DNA of 64,000 nt, taken from Octopus vulgaris (taxonomy: Eukaryota). Positions 12,359-25,823 of the stretch are shown here, piece after piece. The notes under the pieces are model-generated. The model saw nothing but the letters and a program-made list of their open reading frames with translations. It was not told the origin of the DNA and made no database searches. The DNA is taken from positions 21,514,001-21,578,000 of the forward strand of contig OX597832.1 of NCBI GenBank assembly GCA_951406725.2, given 5' to 3'. Position numbers and translations under genes: made by a program. Numbering within the stretch: position 1 is the stretch's first letter; each line of letters begins with the position of its first letter.

Positions 12359-12446
12359 GCCCTGAAGAGATTTATACTTTTTCAAATTCATAATGCAATT
12401 ATTCATTGTAAAATGAATGAAAGTAGATATTGAAACGATCGTAGGC
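12359..12446 (+). ncRNA. Type I hammerhead ribozyme motif with extended helix II (Penelope-like pLTR remnant)
   Basis: GCC-CTGAAGA-[63-nt hairpin with ACTTT/AAAGT, ATTCA/TGAAT, TGCAAT/ATTGTA]-GAAA-CGATCG-TA-GGC. Palindromic helix III ACGATCGT, GUA cleavage triplet, AATAAA 25 nt downstream. Confidence 0.75.
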
Positions 12447-12503
12447 CTTATGTAATCGACAGCTATGTAAATAAATTGATTTTATTGTATTCAAACTCTC
12501 CCT

Positions 12504-12612
<109 letters not shown>

Positions 12613-12614
12613 CA

Positions 12615-13032
12615 TCATCTTTTATTTGCTTCACTCATTAGACTGCGGCCATGCTGGGGCACACCGCTTCAAATAATTTTGAGTCGAATAAATTGACCCC
12701 AGTACTTACTTTTTCCTTGAAGCTAGGAACTTATTCTATCCTCTTTTGCCAAGGCTCTAAGTTACTGTGACGTGAACATACTAACACCGGTTATCATGTG
12801 GAGGTAATGCACAAACAAAGGCACAACGATGCACACACACACATACACTCATATATATATATATATTTATACGACGGGCTTCTTTCAGTTTCCGTCCACC
12901 AAATCCACTCAAAAGGCTTTGTTAGAACTGAGGCTATAGTTGAAAACATTTGCCCAAGTTATCACGCATCGGGACTTGAACCCGGAACCATGTGGCTTGC
13001 AAACAAGCTTCTTACCACCCAGCCACACCTGT
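12615..13032 (-). mobile_element. CORE-type tRNA SINE (OR2-like) with CR1-type tail
   Basis: Homologous to 33603-34036 over head, core (TTGGGCAA.TGT.TTC.ACTATAGCCTC) and tail GCGGTG..CCAGCATGGCCGCAGTC. Confidence 0.85.
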
Positions 13033-13276
13033 ACCATATCAATAGACATGTATTATAAGAATCTTTGATATTTCTAGAAATATGAAGTATGTCCTTGACG
13101 GTGGAAACCGAACCACAGAAAAGTAAAATAATAGCGTATAGAAGATTAAAAGCTAAGCTTCTTGCTCGCAGAAGTCATGAGTTCGCATCTCATGGGTAAC
13201 CTTCGACTTCTCTTTTCATAAAGCATATTTTAACTCAATATTATACACGTTAATATTTATAAGTCTATTGTTAAAA

Positions 13277-13377
<101 letters not shown>

Positions 13378-13421
13378 TTTAACAATAGAGTTATAAATAT
13401 TAACATGTATAATATTGGGTT

Positions 13422-13469
<48 letters not shown>

Positions 13470-14389
13470 TATGTATGCATATGCTTGTATGTAAGCATAT
13501 ATATGTATATGTATATATACATATATATATAATATATATATATGTATGTATATATATATATATGTATTCATGTATGTATATGTGTATACGTGTATATTTT
13601 CGCATTTTTAACCAGTTAAAATATGCGTGAAGAATATAGCAATTTAAACTGTTACCGGAATTAAAAAGTAAACACAAAGGAATACAAAAATAGAAAATAA
13701 AGCAAAACAACAAAAAAAAAAAAGAATATATATGAATGAAAGAAAAGAGAGAGAGAGCGCGAACGGTGAGCGTGGAAACCAAAGCAGAGCATTTATAATG
13801 CCAATTTCTATCAGACGACAGAGGCAGTACCATTTTTAGTGATGTCAGCAACAGATGGCAACCATTTTCTGCAGTTTAAAATATGGCTACTTCGCGAAAA
13901 AAAAAAAAAAACAGAAGAAGCAACAAAAAGAAGGAAAAAGGACAAAACAAAAAACAACAAAAAGAAGGAAAAAACAAAAACAAAAAAAAAGAAACAAAAA
14001 TATAGAAAAAAAAATGAAACAAAACAAAACGAAGGGCTAGATGTTTGCGTGATAATAGACTATCTCTATGCACAAGTTGTCATCTCTGAATGGTTTCTTT
14101 CCTCAACAAAGGCTTTTAAACTGCCAAATAAATGAGAGAAGAGAGATTGCACCAACAGAGACAAAGAATAACATTGGTCGTTGCCCACGTGGCTGAAGCG
14201 ATGACAAGTGAACGGCGTCTATTTGTCAAAATATACAAAAGGTTCCCTCTCTCTCTCTCTCTTTCTTTTTTTTTCGTTTTTTTTTATGATCGATAATATA
14301 TTTGAAACGACTACCTTTCATTTCCATTCTCACTTTTGCCTTCTCTATCGCTTACCTTTTGATAGTGTTATTGTTAATATTGTCGTTGA

Positions 14390-14966
14390 TGTTGTTGTTG
14401 TTGTTGTTATTCTTCTTCTTCTTGTTTTTTTTCTTGTTCTTGTTGTTGTTCTTCTTCTCTTTCTTCTTCTTTTTCTTCTTCTTCTCTTCTTCTTCTCTTC
14501 TTCTTCTTCTCTTTCTTCTTCCTCTTCTTCTTCTTCACTTCTTCTCCTTCTTCTCCTCTTTCTTCTTCCTCTTCTTCTTTTTCTTTTTCTTCTTCTTCTT
14601 TTTCTTCTCTTTCTTCTTCTTCATCATCATCATCATCATCGTCGTCTTTATCAACACCACAATCAAGACGACGCCCCACCCACCCACCCAACGACCATGA
14701 TCACTACCATCACCACCATCACCACCACCACCACGACCACCACCATCTTCATGCTTACCATGACCACAACAACCACAACCACCACCACCATCACCACCAT
14801 CACCCCCTCCACTCCACCACATCACCACCACCACCACCACAACCACAACCACCATCATCATTGTCATCATCATCGTCATCGCCAACACGACAACGGCACC
14901 CACCACCACCACCACCACCACCACCATCATTATTCTATTTTAATCGCCATCGTCGTTGGTGTGGTC

Positions 14967-15043
<77 letters not shown>

Positions 15044-15135
15044 TATCATTATTATTATTATCATTATCATTATTATTATCATTATTATTATTATTATCAT
15101 TATCATTATTATTATTATTCTTATTGTTATTATCT

Positions 15136-15172
<37 letters not shown>

Positions 15173-15270
15173 CATTATTACTATTATTATTATTATTATT
15201 ACTATTATTATTATTATTATTATTATTATCATTATTATTATTATTATCATTATTATCATCATCATCATCA

Positions 15271-15300
<30 letters not shown>
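14390..15300. repeat. Compound (CTT)n/(CAC)n/(ATT)n microsatellite block
   Basis: Directly visible. Confidence 0.95.
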
Positions 15301-15302
<2 letters not shown>

Positions 15303-16132
15303 TGGAATCCTTTTATTCTTGTCTCTTTCCTCTCTATTGTTGCTAATCTCACACGCTCTTTTCCACTCATTCATTCCATCCTCATTCTTTGTTGTTTTCC
15401 TTTATTTTTATTGTTCCTTTTTGTTCCTTTTTGTTTCTTCCTTTCTTCTTCTTCTTTGCGTTAATATTTCAACGATCCTCATTCTCTCTCTCTCTCACAC
15501 ACACATACTTTCTTATTTTCTCTTCCTCGTCCACTCTCTTCCTCTCCCCCTCACTCGTCTTCTCTTCTCCTTTTCTCCTTCTTTGCCTCATCCCTCTTCC
15601 TTTCTCTCCCTTCATCTCTCCCCTTCTCTCTCTCTCTCTCTCTTTCCGTCTCCCTCTTTCTCACTTTCTTCCTTCTCTCGATCTTCTAAAACCGCCATTA
15701 TATTTTAGTCTTCTTTTTTTTCTTTTCCAAGGCAATTTACTCCACAATTTGTTCAAGTCATTGTCATCTTCATCGTCGTCATCGTCGTCATCACTTTTAT
15801 TGTTATCGTTGTTGTTGTTGTTGTTGTTACAATTTTATTCCCCCCCACCCCGCATAATTTTTTATCTTTAAACATTTGGCAAAATTGTCATTATGTCTTG
15901 TCAGACACTACTTTCCTTCATATTGCCCTTTTCTTTCATTCAATTTCTATTTTTACCGTTCTTTACGCTTTCTTCCTTTCTTTCTTTCTTTCTGTCATTC
16001 TTTCTTTCTTTTTAGATTCTCTTTCAATTTGTATTGATCTTACACTTCATGTCTTTCTTAACGTTTCTATCTGTCTGCCTCCTGTCTGTCTGTCTGCCAG
16101 TCTACATGTCTGTCTTTCTATCTATCTAGCTA

Positions 16133-16184
<52 letters not shown>

Positions 16185-16227
16185 CATATATAAATATATA
16201 CATATATATATACATATATATAAAATC

Positions 16228-16269
<42 letters not shown>

Positions 16270-16390
16270 ACACATAAGCGCAAAATATGTGGAAACTAAA
16301 ATCTATATAGATATATAGGCCTACACTCTCTCCCCCACCATACACACATATATAGGTATTATGTATTTGTGTATATATGTATATATACAT

Positions 16391-16426
<36 letters not shown>

Positions 16427-16489
16427 TTACCTGTATATATGTATATATATATATATACATGTATGTATATATGTATATACATATTTACA

Positions 16490-16561
<72 letters not shown>

Positions 16562-16838
16562 TGTATGTATGTATTGATCATTTAGCTTACTTTACCTAGC
16601 CATCGTGTAAATTGATTCTCGTTCACGTATTTTTCAGTTTCTTCCTCCTTGTCCTCTTTTCCCTCCACCTCTCTTTCTTTCATTTTAGATTTTTCGCTTT
16701 CTTTTTACAATTTCTTGTTCCCCATTTACGAAAGCACAATTCTATTTGACAAGAAAGCAAAGCGACGGAGTAAAGATGACACTGGCTCAGACTGTGTTAG
16801 GAAATGCTGAGCGAACGGAGGAGATTAACTTGATGAAA

Positions 16839-16896
<58 letters not shown>

Positions 16897-17299
16897 TAGA
16901 GAGAAAATGAACGTGAGAGACGGTTGGAATGAGAGAAATAGAGAGACAACGAAAGAGTGGGGGAGTAGCAAAGAGGATGATGCTAAAATATAGATAAAAA
17001 AATGGCGACGATGAGAAAGAAAAAAAGTAACAAAGCGGCAGAGGTCAAAAAAGAAAAAGAAAAAAGGAAAGAAATTAGGGAAAGATTAGACGTGTTGATA
17101 GGTAGCTAAGTACATCTATCTATATATATATATATATACATACATACATGAATGTATGACTGCATATATATGCGTATACATATGTATATATATACATATA
17201 TATACATATGTGTACGTACATATACATACATACATATATACACACACATATATATATATATATATACACAGGTTTTGATGTATGAATATTTTTGTTCTT

Positions 17300-17358
<59 letters not shown>

Positions 17359-17465
17359 CATACATAAACATACACGTGTGCGTGTGTTTAATTAAATATG
17401 CTTGTCTCTGGAGTGTCTATCTGTCTTACTCTCTGTACGTGTAAATGTGTGTGTATATACAATGA

Positions 17466-17564
<99 letters not shown>

Positions 17565-18175
17565 ACATACATATACTTACGGATAGATATAGAAAGAGAT
17601 AGGTGGATATCCACATATGTAGATAAATAGATAGATAATTGCATAGACGGATTTTTATAATATATGCATAGATATTCAGACACCAGTTCACACACACACA
17701 CACACATATATACTAAACGCACACACACACGCACACACACATACACACAATCACGCACGCACACAGATGTAGATTGATGGATAGAATTGTTGCATAGATG
17801 GAGACAGACAGATCAATTGATATGTAGATAAATAGAAAATAGAGAAGCAATACAGAGAGACAAAGGAACTTCAAAGATGTATAGAAAATATTGATGGATC
17901 AATCGAACTGAAAGTGTAAAAGGGAATATATATATATATATGTATATGTATATATATGCATTTATATATATATGTATTTATATATGTATATGTATGAAGA
18001 AAATGAAATGATAATAAAGAAATAAAAATAGAGAAATGGTGAATGAAAGGAAATAAAGACGAGAATATATTTATGTACATACATATATGTATACATAAAT
18101 ATGTATATATATACACACACACAGACACACATACATATTGATATATAGACATATGTGTGTATGTATGAATGCACC

Positions 18176-18208
<33 letters not shown>

Positions 18209-18605
18209 AAAAAAATATATATGAAATATATATATATATGTATATATAAGTATACAAACTATATATATAATTATATATATATATATATATATATCAACAT
18301 ATATACATATGAGATGAAAATGAATACGAAAGTAAGAAAATAATACATAAGTACGGAACAAAAGAAAGGAAGGAAGGAAAACGGTAAAGATGGAACTTTG
18401 ACTGTGTCTTTCAAAGAAGAAGTTGAAAAGTTCCAATTACTGTTATTGTTATTTTGCTTTTACGTGTGATATCATAAAATTTGACGGCTTGTTGGTTAAC
18501 GGTCGGCCAGGATCAACGAATGAGGAAATTGCTGGAAGTAAGGACAGAGACGGGATCATTGATGACACAAATCACAATGAAATACCATCGGTCTTCAATA
18601 TCTAT

Positions 18606-18772
18606 AGGCGCAGGCGTGGTTGTGTGGTAAGAAGTTTGCTTCCCAAACACATAGTTCGGGGGGTTCAGTCCCACTGTGTGGAACCTTGGGCAAGTAACCT
18701 CTGCTATAGCCTCTGGTCGACCAAAATGTTCTGAGTGGATCTGAAACTGAAAGAAGCCTTTCGTATATATAT
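18606..18772 (+). mobile_element. CORE-type SINE (OR2-like), 5' half
   Basis: GGCGCAGGCGTGGTTGTGTGGTAAG head, GGTTCAGTCCC box B, CCTTGGGCAAGT core. Confidence 0.85.
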
Positions 18773-18879
18773 GCAACCGGGGCAACGACAAGGAAAATGA
18801 ATACGGAAAACTTAGATAAACACAAACAAATGGTAGAGAGAGAGAGGGGAGCGAAACAAGGTTCATACCCTCAAAACAA

Positions 18880-19287
18880 CTACAAGAAAAGGTCGAAAGA
18901 AGAACTATTATTTACAAAACTTTGAAAACAAAAGAAAAAAATATCGACTATGTAGTCGAATCCGAAATTGAAAAATGCTTGAAACCTATCAGGAGCAAAA
19001 TTCAGTATATTACCAAAATTCAGTATATTACCAAAATTCAGTATATTACCAGAGGCAGGAAGTTTGCAACAGTGGAGGTCAGGATGGAGTCAGAGGAGAA
19101 GGCGAGACTCCACTCTGTAAATCCGTTGAGAACGGAAGAAGTAGTCCTTCTACCCATATATATAGGTAGAAGGACATCAAGGATAAACATAAAAGGAACC
19201 CCCCCCCCCAGAGGTGGACCCCGCGAATGGCTAGTTACATCCGTGAAAGATGGTCTAGAGGAAAAAAATGAACATCCTGGACACTGA
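18880..19287 (+). pseudogene. LINE (L1/Tx1-like) ORF1 RRM-type fragment with in-frame 18-bp triplication
   Basis: EIEKCLKPIRSKIQYITRGRKFATVEVRMESEEKA...LLPIYIGRRTSRINIKG.PP aligns by eye with the 33383-33600 fragment. AAAATTCAGTATATTACC is repeated three times. ORF1 identity is inferred. Confidence 0.55.
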
Positions 19288-19444
19288 AGTGTCCAGCTTA
19301 GTGGTTAAGGTGTTGCACTTACGATTGCGAGATAGTGGGTTCGATTTCCAGGCGGGCATTGCGATGTTTCTTGAGCACAGCCCTTTATTTCACGTTATAT
19401 ATATATAATTTTTCTTTATTGTATTGATAAAACGTGGGGTTCTT

Positions 19445-19497
<53 letters not shown>

Positions 19498-19584
19498 TAT
19501 ATTATATTTTGTGAAATTTGATTTAGTATTTCTAAATTCAATTTTTCCCTGTAAGTTTGGAATAATATTCCATCATATTATTAT

Positions 19585-19653
<69 letters not shown>

Positions 19654-20225
19654 GCATTACTATACATAAATGCCTCGCGCTCGGAGGGACTCCTAAAGTC
19701 AAAACTACCATAATAAACAATAATAAACACATTGTACCGAACGCTAGGGAATGCAAGTCTCGAAGCGAGCCTTTTAAAACAGATTCAGCTGCAGATCAAA
19801 TGATTATATAATTAGTGCACAAAATGCACTTTTTAATCGTCAGTGCAAGCATAACCAAGACACATAAAAACGAACCAAAAAATCAACATACTAGACAAAC
19901 ACCAAATATATCTAGCATAGAACGTAGAATTGTTCACACTTATATAACTATGTTAGAGGCGGGATTTTCGAATTGCATCTCGGTACACTTGTTTATTCAG
20001 AATGAAATTCAGCACTGAATATATTCTGGTTAAATTTACAATTTAAAAATAGGATAGAATCTTTATATGAATTTATGAAGTTGTTAGCGTGAAAAACTTC
20101 ATAAGGGAAAAGTGTATTAATTATTCCCTTTAAATATATTTATATTAAGGGCATTACTATACATAAAAGGCTCACGCTAGTAGGGACACTTAAAGTCAAA
20201 ATCTACCATAATAAACACATTGTAC
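19654..20225. repeat. Unclassified element with ~80-bp diverged direct terminal repeats (19654-19737, 20151-20225) between microsatellites
   Basis: GCATTACTATACATAAA.G.CTC.CGCT.G.AGGGAC.C.TAAAGTCAAAA.CTACCATAATAAACAC.TTGTAC at both ends. Confidence 0.65.
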
Positions 20226-20232
20226 ACACACA

Positions 20233-20332
<100 letters not shown>

Positions 20333-20420
20333 GGGAGAGTTTACGAAACAATAATGTGTATATATATATATACATACATATATATATATATACATATATA
20401 TATATGTATATATTTTTTTT

Positions 20421-21601
20421 TCTAGTTTCAGCTCAGAGCTGCGGCCATGCTGATGCACCGCCGTTTTGTGCTACTCTGTTATTACGAAGAACCTCGTCTA
20501 GCATATGGTACTTGGTGAATAATGGAGTTTGATATAGCCACTCTCATTTGCACTTCTTGCCGTGTGGTAGGTTCATCTGGGGCTCTCAACAGGAAAAAAA
20601 CCGCTACATCTACTTTGTGCAAGTTCCTCAGACTCTTTGGAAGAATATTAAAAAGCTGTGAGCCCTTGAAACCCAGACTGTTGCAGAAGCTGGTCCTGAA
20701 GCGTGATGGCATTGCTGGGATCTTTGGCACTATGCAGTGTCGTCCCGTTCTAGCATTGGTGTAGATTACAATGCCAAAATTTGGCACAATTCCTTCCAGG
20801 ATCTTCCAGACATATATTACTGCATACCTCTCCCGTCTTCTCTCCAGGGAGTAGAGTCTTAGCTGTTTCAACCTTTCCCAGTAGCTGAGCTGTTGCAAAG
20901 AGACGATCTTCTTTGTGAATCTTCTCTGGATTGCTTCAAGGTCCGCTGTTAATTTTACACTGGTGGGTGACCATAGCTGTTAGCAGTAATCCAGGCGGCT
21001 GAGGACGAATGTCCGCCAGAGGACCATCATGGTTTCCTTATCTCTGGTTCTGAATGTTCTTAGGATCCACCTAGCTAGTCATCTGCACTTTGTCGCCATC
21101 CTGGTAATGTGCACTTGGAAAGAGGTATCATCACTCATGTCGATACCCAGGTCCCTCACAGACTTAGGCTCTGGGATTGAAATTCCCTGTGGACTGGTGT
21201 ATCCTGTAAGTTTAATATTCAGTTTTGGATGCTGGTAGCGCAGGGCCTGGATTTTTTCAGCATTAAACTGCATATTATTATCCTCAGCCCATCTGTAGAT
21301 TGAGTCCAACTCCTGCTGCAGGTGTGCAACATCGCTGGGGTTCTGTATTTTCTGCGAGACTTTCGTATCGTCTGCATAGCTGGCCAGAGTGGCTATCCGG
21401 GCATTTGAGGGCATATCTGAGAGAGCCACTATAAAAAGCAGTGGTCACAAGACAGTGCCCTGTGGAACACCGCTCACTATTTGTGTGTTCATAGAGGTGG
21501 CTCCATTAACCACTACTGCCTGACTCCTATCTTTCAGGAAGTCATGTAACCACACTCCAAGTTTTCCAGCTATGCCGAGTTCACGCAGTTTGTGGCATAT
21601 C

Positions 21602-21602
<1 letters not shown>
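20421..21602 (-). mobile_element. CR1-group LINE, 5'-truncated RT C-terminal half plus 3'UTR
   Basis: [64 protein letters not shown]; stops present; 3' stem-loop and A-rich tail; (TA)n on both sides. Confidence 0.92.
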
Positions 21603-21669
<67 letters not shown>

Positions 21670-21783
21670 ATGCATATATATATATACATATGTATAAATA
21701 TATACATATATATACATAGACACACAAATATATATAAAGAAATATATATATACATATACATATATATATACATATATATATAC

Positions 21784-21814
<31 letters not shown>

Positions 21815-21841
21815 ATTTTATTTTATTTTATTTTATTTTAT

Positions 21842-21893
<52 letters not shown>

Positions 21894-21981
21894 AGAATTT
21901 ACAAAAAAAATCAAAAGACGAAGACAGGTGGTGTAGACAACAAACAGACCTATTAGTATAATGCTCAGGAAGTGAAAAAGT

Positions 21982-22017
21982 CTTTAACGTTTCGAGCCTA
22001 TGCTCTTCCACAGAAAG
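21982..22017 (-). ncRNA. Minimal hammerhead-like motif, variant core, in a Penelope-like terminal repeat fragment (~21892-22050)
   Basis: CTTT-CTGTGGA-A-GAGC(ATAG)GCTC-GAAA-CG-TT-AAAG. Helices I and II perfect, palindromic ACGT helix III, but core A6 is T. Confidence 0.6.
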
Positions 22018-22352
22018 GAAAACAGAAGGAAACAAGGAGAGAAAATAAAGAGAGAAATATACATACATACATATATATATATATACATATACATCTAGAT
22101 AGATAGATATATCTGTGTCTGTATGCATATGTGTTTATGTGATTTTATCAATGTGTATGCGTATGTGTATGAGATGATAGAAATGTGTTCCTTTGCTGAT
22201 GTTTTTACCTGTCTTCCAGTGCTTTTGTGAGTGTGAGAGAGTGTACGTATATGCGTTCACGTGTTCTTGATGGAGGGCGATAGGCATACCGTAACAGCAG
22301 GGATGATATCGTCAGAAATTTTGCGAGTATTCACATGAATGTTTCTGTTTCA

Positions 22353-22422
<70 letters not shown>

Positions 22423-22533
22423 GTATATATGTATGTATATATATGTATATGTATACATATATATATATGCATATCTATGTATATATATGTATATATATGT
22501 ATATATACATATATATATATGTATATTTATATA

Positions 22534-22572
<39 letters not shown>

Positions 22573-22687
22573 GTAGTAATAGTAATAATGCATTATATAT
22601 ACATACATGTATGTATATACGGAGATATATTAATATACATGCATACATACACAGATAGATAGATAGACAGATAGATAGATAGATACA

Positions 22688-22720
<33 letters not shown>

Positions 22721-22966
22721 GGATATGTATATATATATATATGTGTGTGTGTGCGTAAATATATATGTATAAAGAGAATAAAACATGCACTTCAGTATGT
22801 ATGTATGTAGGTATATATGTATTTATATGAGTGTGTGTGTGTTTGCTTGTATGTGTGTGGAAAGGAGAAACACGTGTATGTGAGTGTGTCTGTGTGACAA
22901 TGTGTTTATGCATCTATTCTTGTATGTATGTGTGCGTGCGTGTTTGTGTGCGTGTGTGTGTGTGCG

Positions 22967-23005
<39 letters not shown>

Positions 23006-23250
23006 GTTTGAGTGTACGTTTGTGCGAGTGTGTTGTAATAATTCCAATGATATCGAGAATAACAATGGCGTGTAATAATAGCAGCAATAACAATAAGGTT
23101 TAGCGACAATAATAACAAAGTGAGCGCAATGGAAATAATAGACAGAATGAACGAATAAAAGATTAAAAGAATGAGCGAATGGAAGAATGAATGAAAGCGA
23201 GAGCAAATGAAATAAATGAATTTATTAGATATATGTGAATTATATACATA

Positions 23251-23292
<42 letters not shown>

Positions 23293-23299
23293 TAATATA

Positions 23300-23601
23300 T
23301 ACTCTTTACTCTTTACTCTTTTACTTGTTTCAGTCAGTTGACTGCGGCCATGCTGGAGCACTGCCTTTAGTCGAGCAACTCGACCCCGGGACTTATTCTT
23401 TTGTAAGCCTAGTACTTATTCTATCGGTGTCTTTATACATATATACGACAGGCTTCTTTCAGTTTCTGTCTACCAAATCCACTCACAAGGCTTTGGTCGG
23501 CCCGAAGCTATAGTAGCAGACACTTGCCCAATGTACCACGCAATGGGACTGAACCCGGAACTATGTGGTTGGTAAACAAGCTACTTACCACACAGCCACT
23601 C
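23300..23601 (-). mobile_element. CORE-type SINE (OR2-like), internally deleted; other fragments at 23895-23985, 24770-25000, 30745-30972, 46138-46292, 60400-60580, 63970-64000
   Basis: Clear similarity to 33603-34036. Confidence 0.85.
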
Positions 23602-23991
23602 ATTTCAGATATCATATATCTATGAATTATATATATTATATAACGTGTATATATATGCAACGAAACGGCGTCCCATTTAGCAGGGAAGTATATACTCCGC
23701 AGTATCCGGGAAACTGGCGTTATTATCCTATGGTTTGAGTAAGACCTTTTTTGGTTTAACTGGCCGAAGCTTCGAAGTCACTGTCTATACTATTCTTATT
23801 AAAGAATCATAAATTTCTACTCTACAAAATGTGTTAATTCTTCACCTTGATGTAATTTTTTTTTTACATAAATAAGATAAAAAGAAACATGCTGCACCTT
23901 GAGCAAGTGTCTTCTACTATAGCCTCGGGCCGCCCGAAGCCTTGTGGGTAGATTTGGTAGACGGAAACTGAAAGAAGCCCGTCTGATATAT

Positions 23992-24069
<78 letters not shown>

Positions 24070-24082
24070 GATACGTGAAGAT

Positions 24083-24377
24083 ACGTGACCGACCAGACCA
24101 TCAGATGTTGCTACACATCGCTGGTCACAATGCGTTCGCATTGTTTTAACCTTCGAATGACGCCACCCCGCTGGCTAAGCGAGCAGGCCAACAGAAGAAA
24201 GAGTGGGAGAAAGAGTGGTGAAAGAGTACAGCAGGGATCACCACCCCCTGCCGGAGCCTCGTGGAGCTTTTAGGTGTTTTCGCTCAATAAACACACACAA
24301 CGCCCGGTCTGAGAATCGAAACCGCGATCCTGCGACCGCGAGTCCGCTGCCCTAACCACTAGGCCATTGCGCCTCCA
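24083..24377 (-). mobile_element. tRNA-derived SINE (OR1-like), apparently full length
   Basis: GGAGGCGCAATGGCCTAGTGGTTAGG box A, GGTTTCGATTCTC box B, tail ending GGTCGGTCACGT. Confidence 0.88.
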
Positions 24378-24394
24378 CATATATATATACATAC

Positions 24395-24670
24395 AAAATA
24401 AGAAAATGGAGGAATAGATTTCTATCAATCATCAACTACTAGATAATACCAATTCATATAATTTATTAACTAATTATTTAGGAACATGCAGATCAAACAG
24501 AATACAGAATAAAACAGTACACATCAATGAGTAAGATAATACCATAAGAACAATACATATAAATATAAAATGGATCTTACAGCTGTTTCAGCCTGTAGAT
24601 AAGAGTATCACATTATGCTCATATTAGTCAGATGTAATATGCGGTTACCCCTATCTCACTTTGTAATTTA
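24395..24670 (-). mobile_element. Penelope-like terminal repeat remnant carrying the 3' half of a long-helix-II hammerhead
   Basis: Minus strand GAGATAGGGGTA...TACTCTTATCT hairpin, then GGCT-GAAA-CAGCTG-TA-AGA (palindrome ACAGCTGT at 24579-24586). The CUGANGA half is missing, cut off by a microsatellite. Confidence 0.45.
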
Positions 24671-24673
24671 TAC

Positions 24674-24754
<81 letters not shown>

Positions 24755-25601
24755 TGTTTGTCTATTTATGTATGTGCGTGTGTTTGCGTCTGTGTGTGTC
24801 TTTGCACCATAGCTTGACAACATATGTTGGTGTATTTACGTACCGTAACTTAGCGGTTCGGAAAAAGAAATCGATAGAATTAGTATTACGCTTACGAAGA
24901 ATAAGTCCTGCAGTCGATTGCATCGTCTAAAAACCTGTTAAGGCGGTGCTGCTGCATGGCGGAGTCAAAATAAGTGAAACAAGTATAAGAATAAAAGAAT
25001 ATATATATGTATATATATTGCCGTGGCACTCTGTCGGTTACGACGACGAGGGTTCCAGTTGACCCGACCAACGGAACAGCCTGCTCATGAAATTAACGTG
25101 TAAGTTGCTGAGTACTCCACTGATACGTGTACCCTTAACGTAGTGTGTGCGAATACACACACACACACTCACATCTGATTACGTCATACACACACATGAG
25201 TTACACAGCCTCACACAGTCCCACACATATACACACGTCCACACACATGCAAATACACCGAACACACAAGCACGCATCATTCCACACATGACAAGCACTT
25301 GTTTACGCATACACATACTTACACACGCTCCCATATCTACACACACACGAACACACACACAAACGCACACACACATACGTTCACTTAATCTTATGTTTGC
25401 CCACACATACACAATATATAGGCACAGGCTCGCCCGTACACACATTTACTCCCACACAACATCCTCACACACATGCTTCCCTACACACACTTTAGGCAGG
25501 TACTGTTATCCCCACTTCCATTCAGCAGCTTCCAGTCAATTCAACATGTGAAACCGTTAATCCAAATACGCTTTTTGTTTCTCTGTTTTTTTTCGTCGTT
25601 T

Positions 25602-25637
25602 CTTTCTGACAAAGAACGTAGGTCCGAAACGTCAAAG
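25602..25637 (+). ncRNA. Decayed minimal hammerhead motif
   Basis: CTTT-CTGACAA-A-GAAC(GTAG)GTCC-GAAA-CG-TC-AAAG. One core change (G8>A, a CpG-type decay) and one helix II mismatch. Downstream flank resembles the 21892-21980 family. Confidence 0.6.
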
Positions 25638-25792
25638 TCTCTTCTATTTTTCCCAAGCGTCAACTTGATACACTTCATTTGTCGCTCGTTCATCTGTCTC
25701 TTCCTTCAGTTTTTTTGGAGGGTTTTTTTTTACATACATTTAAAGAAAACAATCAAATAAGATGAAGTGGGAAAATTAGTGAAATACAAGGT

Positions 25793-25823
<31 letters not shown>

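Noticed and set aside
23728-23785. TTGAGTA...GGCC-GAAGCTTCGAAGTC hammerhead-like trace; a similar weak trace at 46780-46822 (-)
   Set aside because: Multiple core substitutions; cannot be distinguished from chance by eye.
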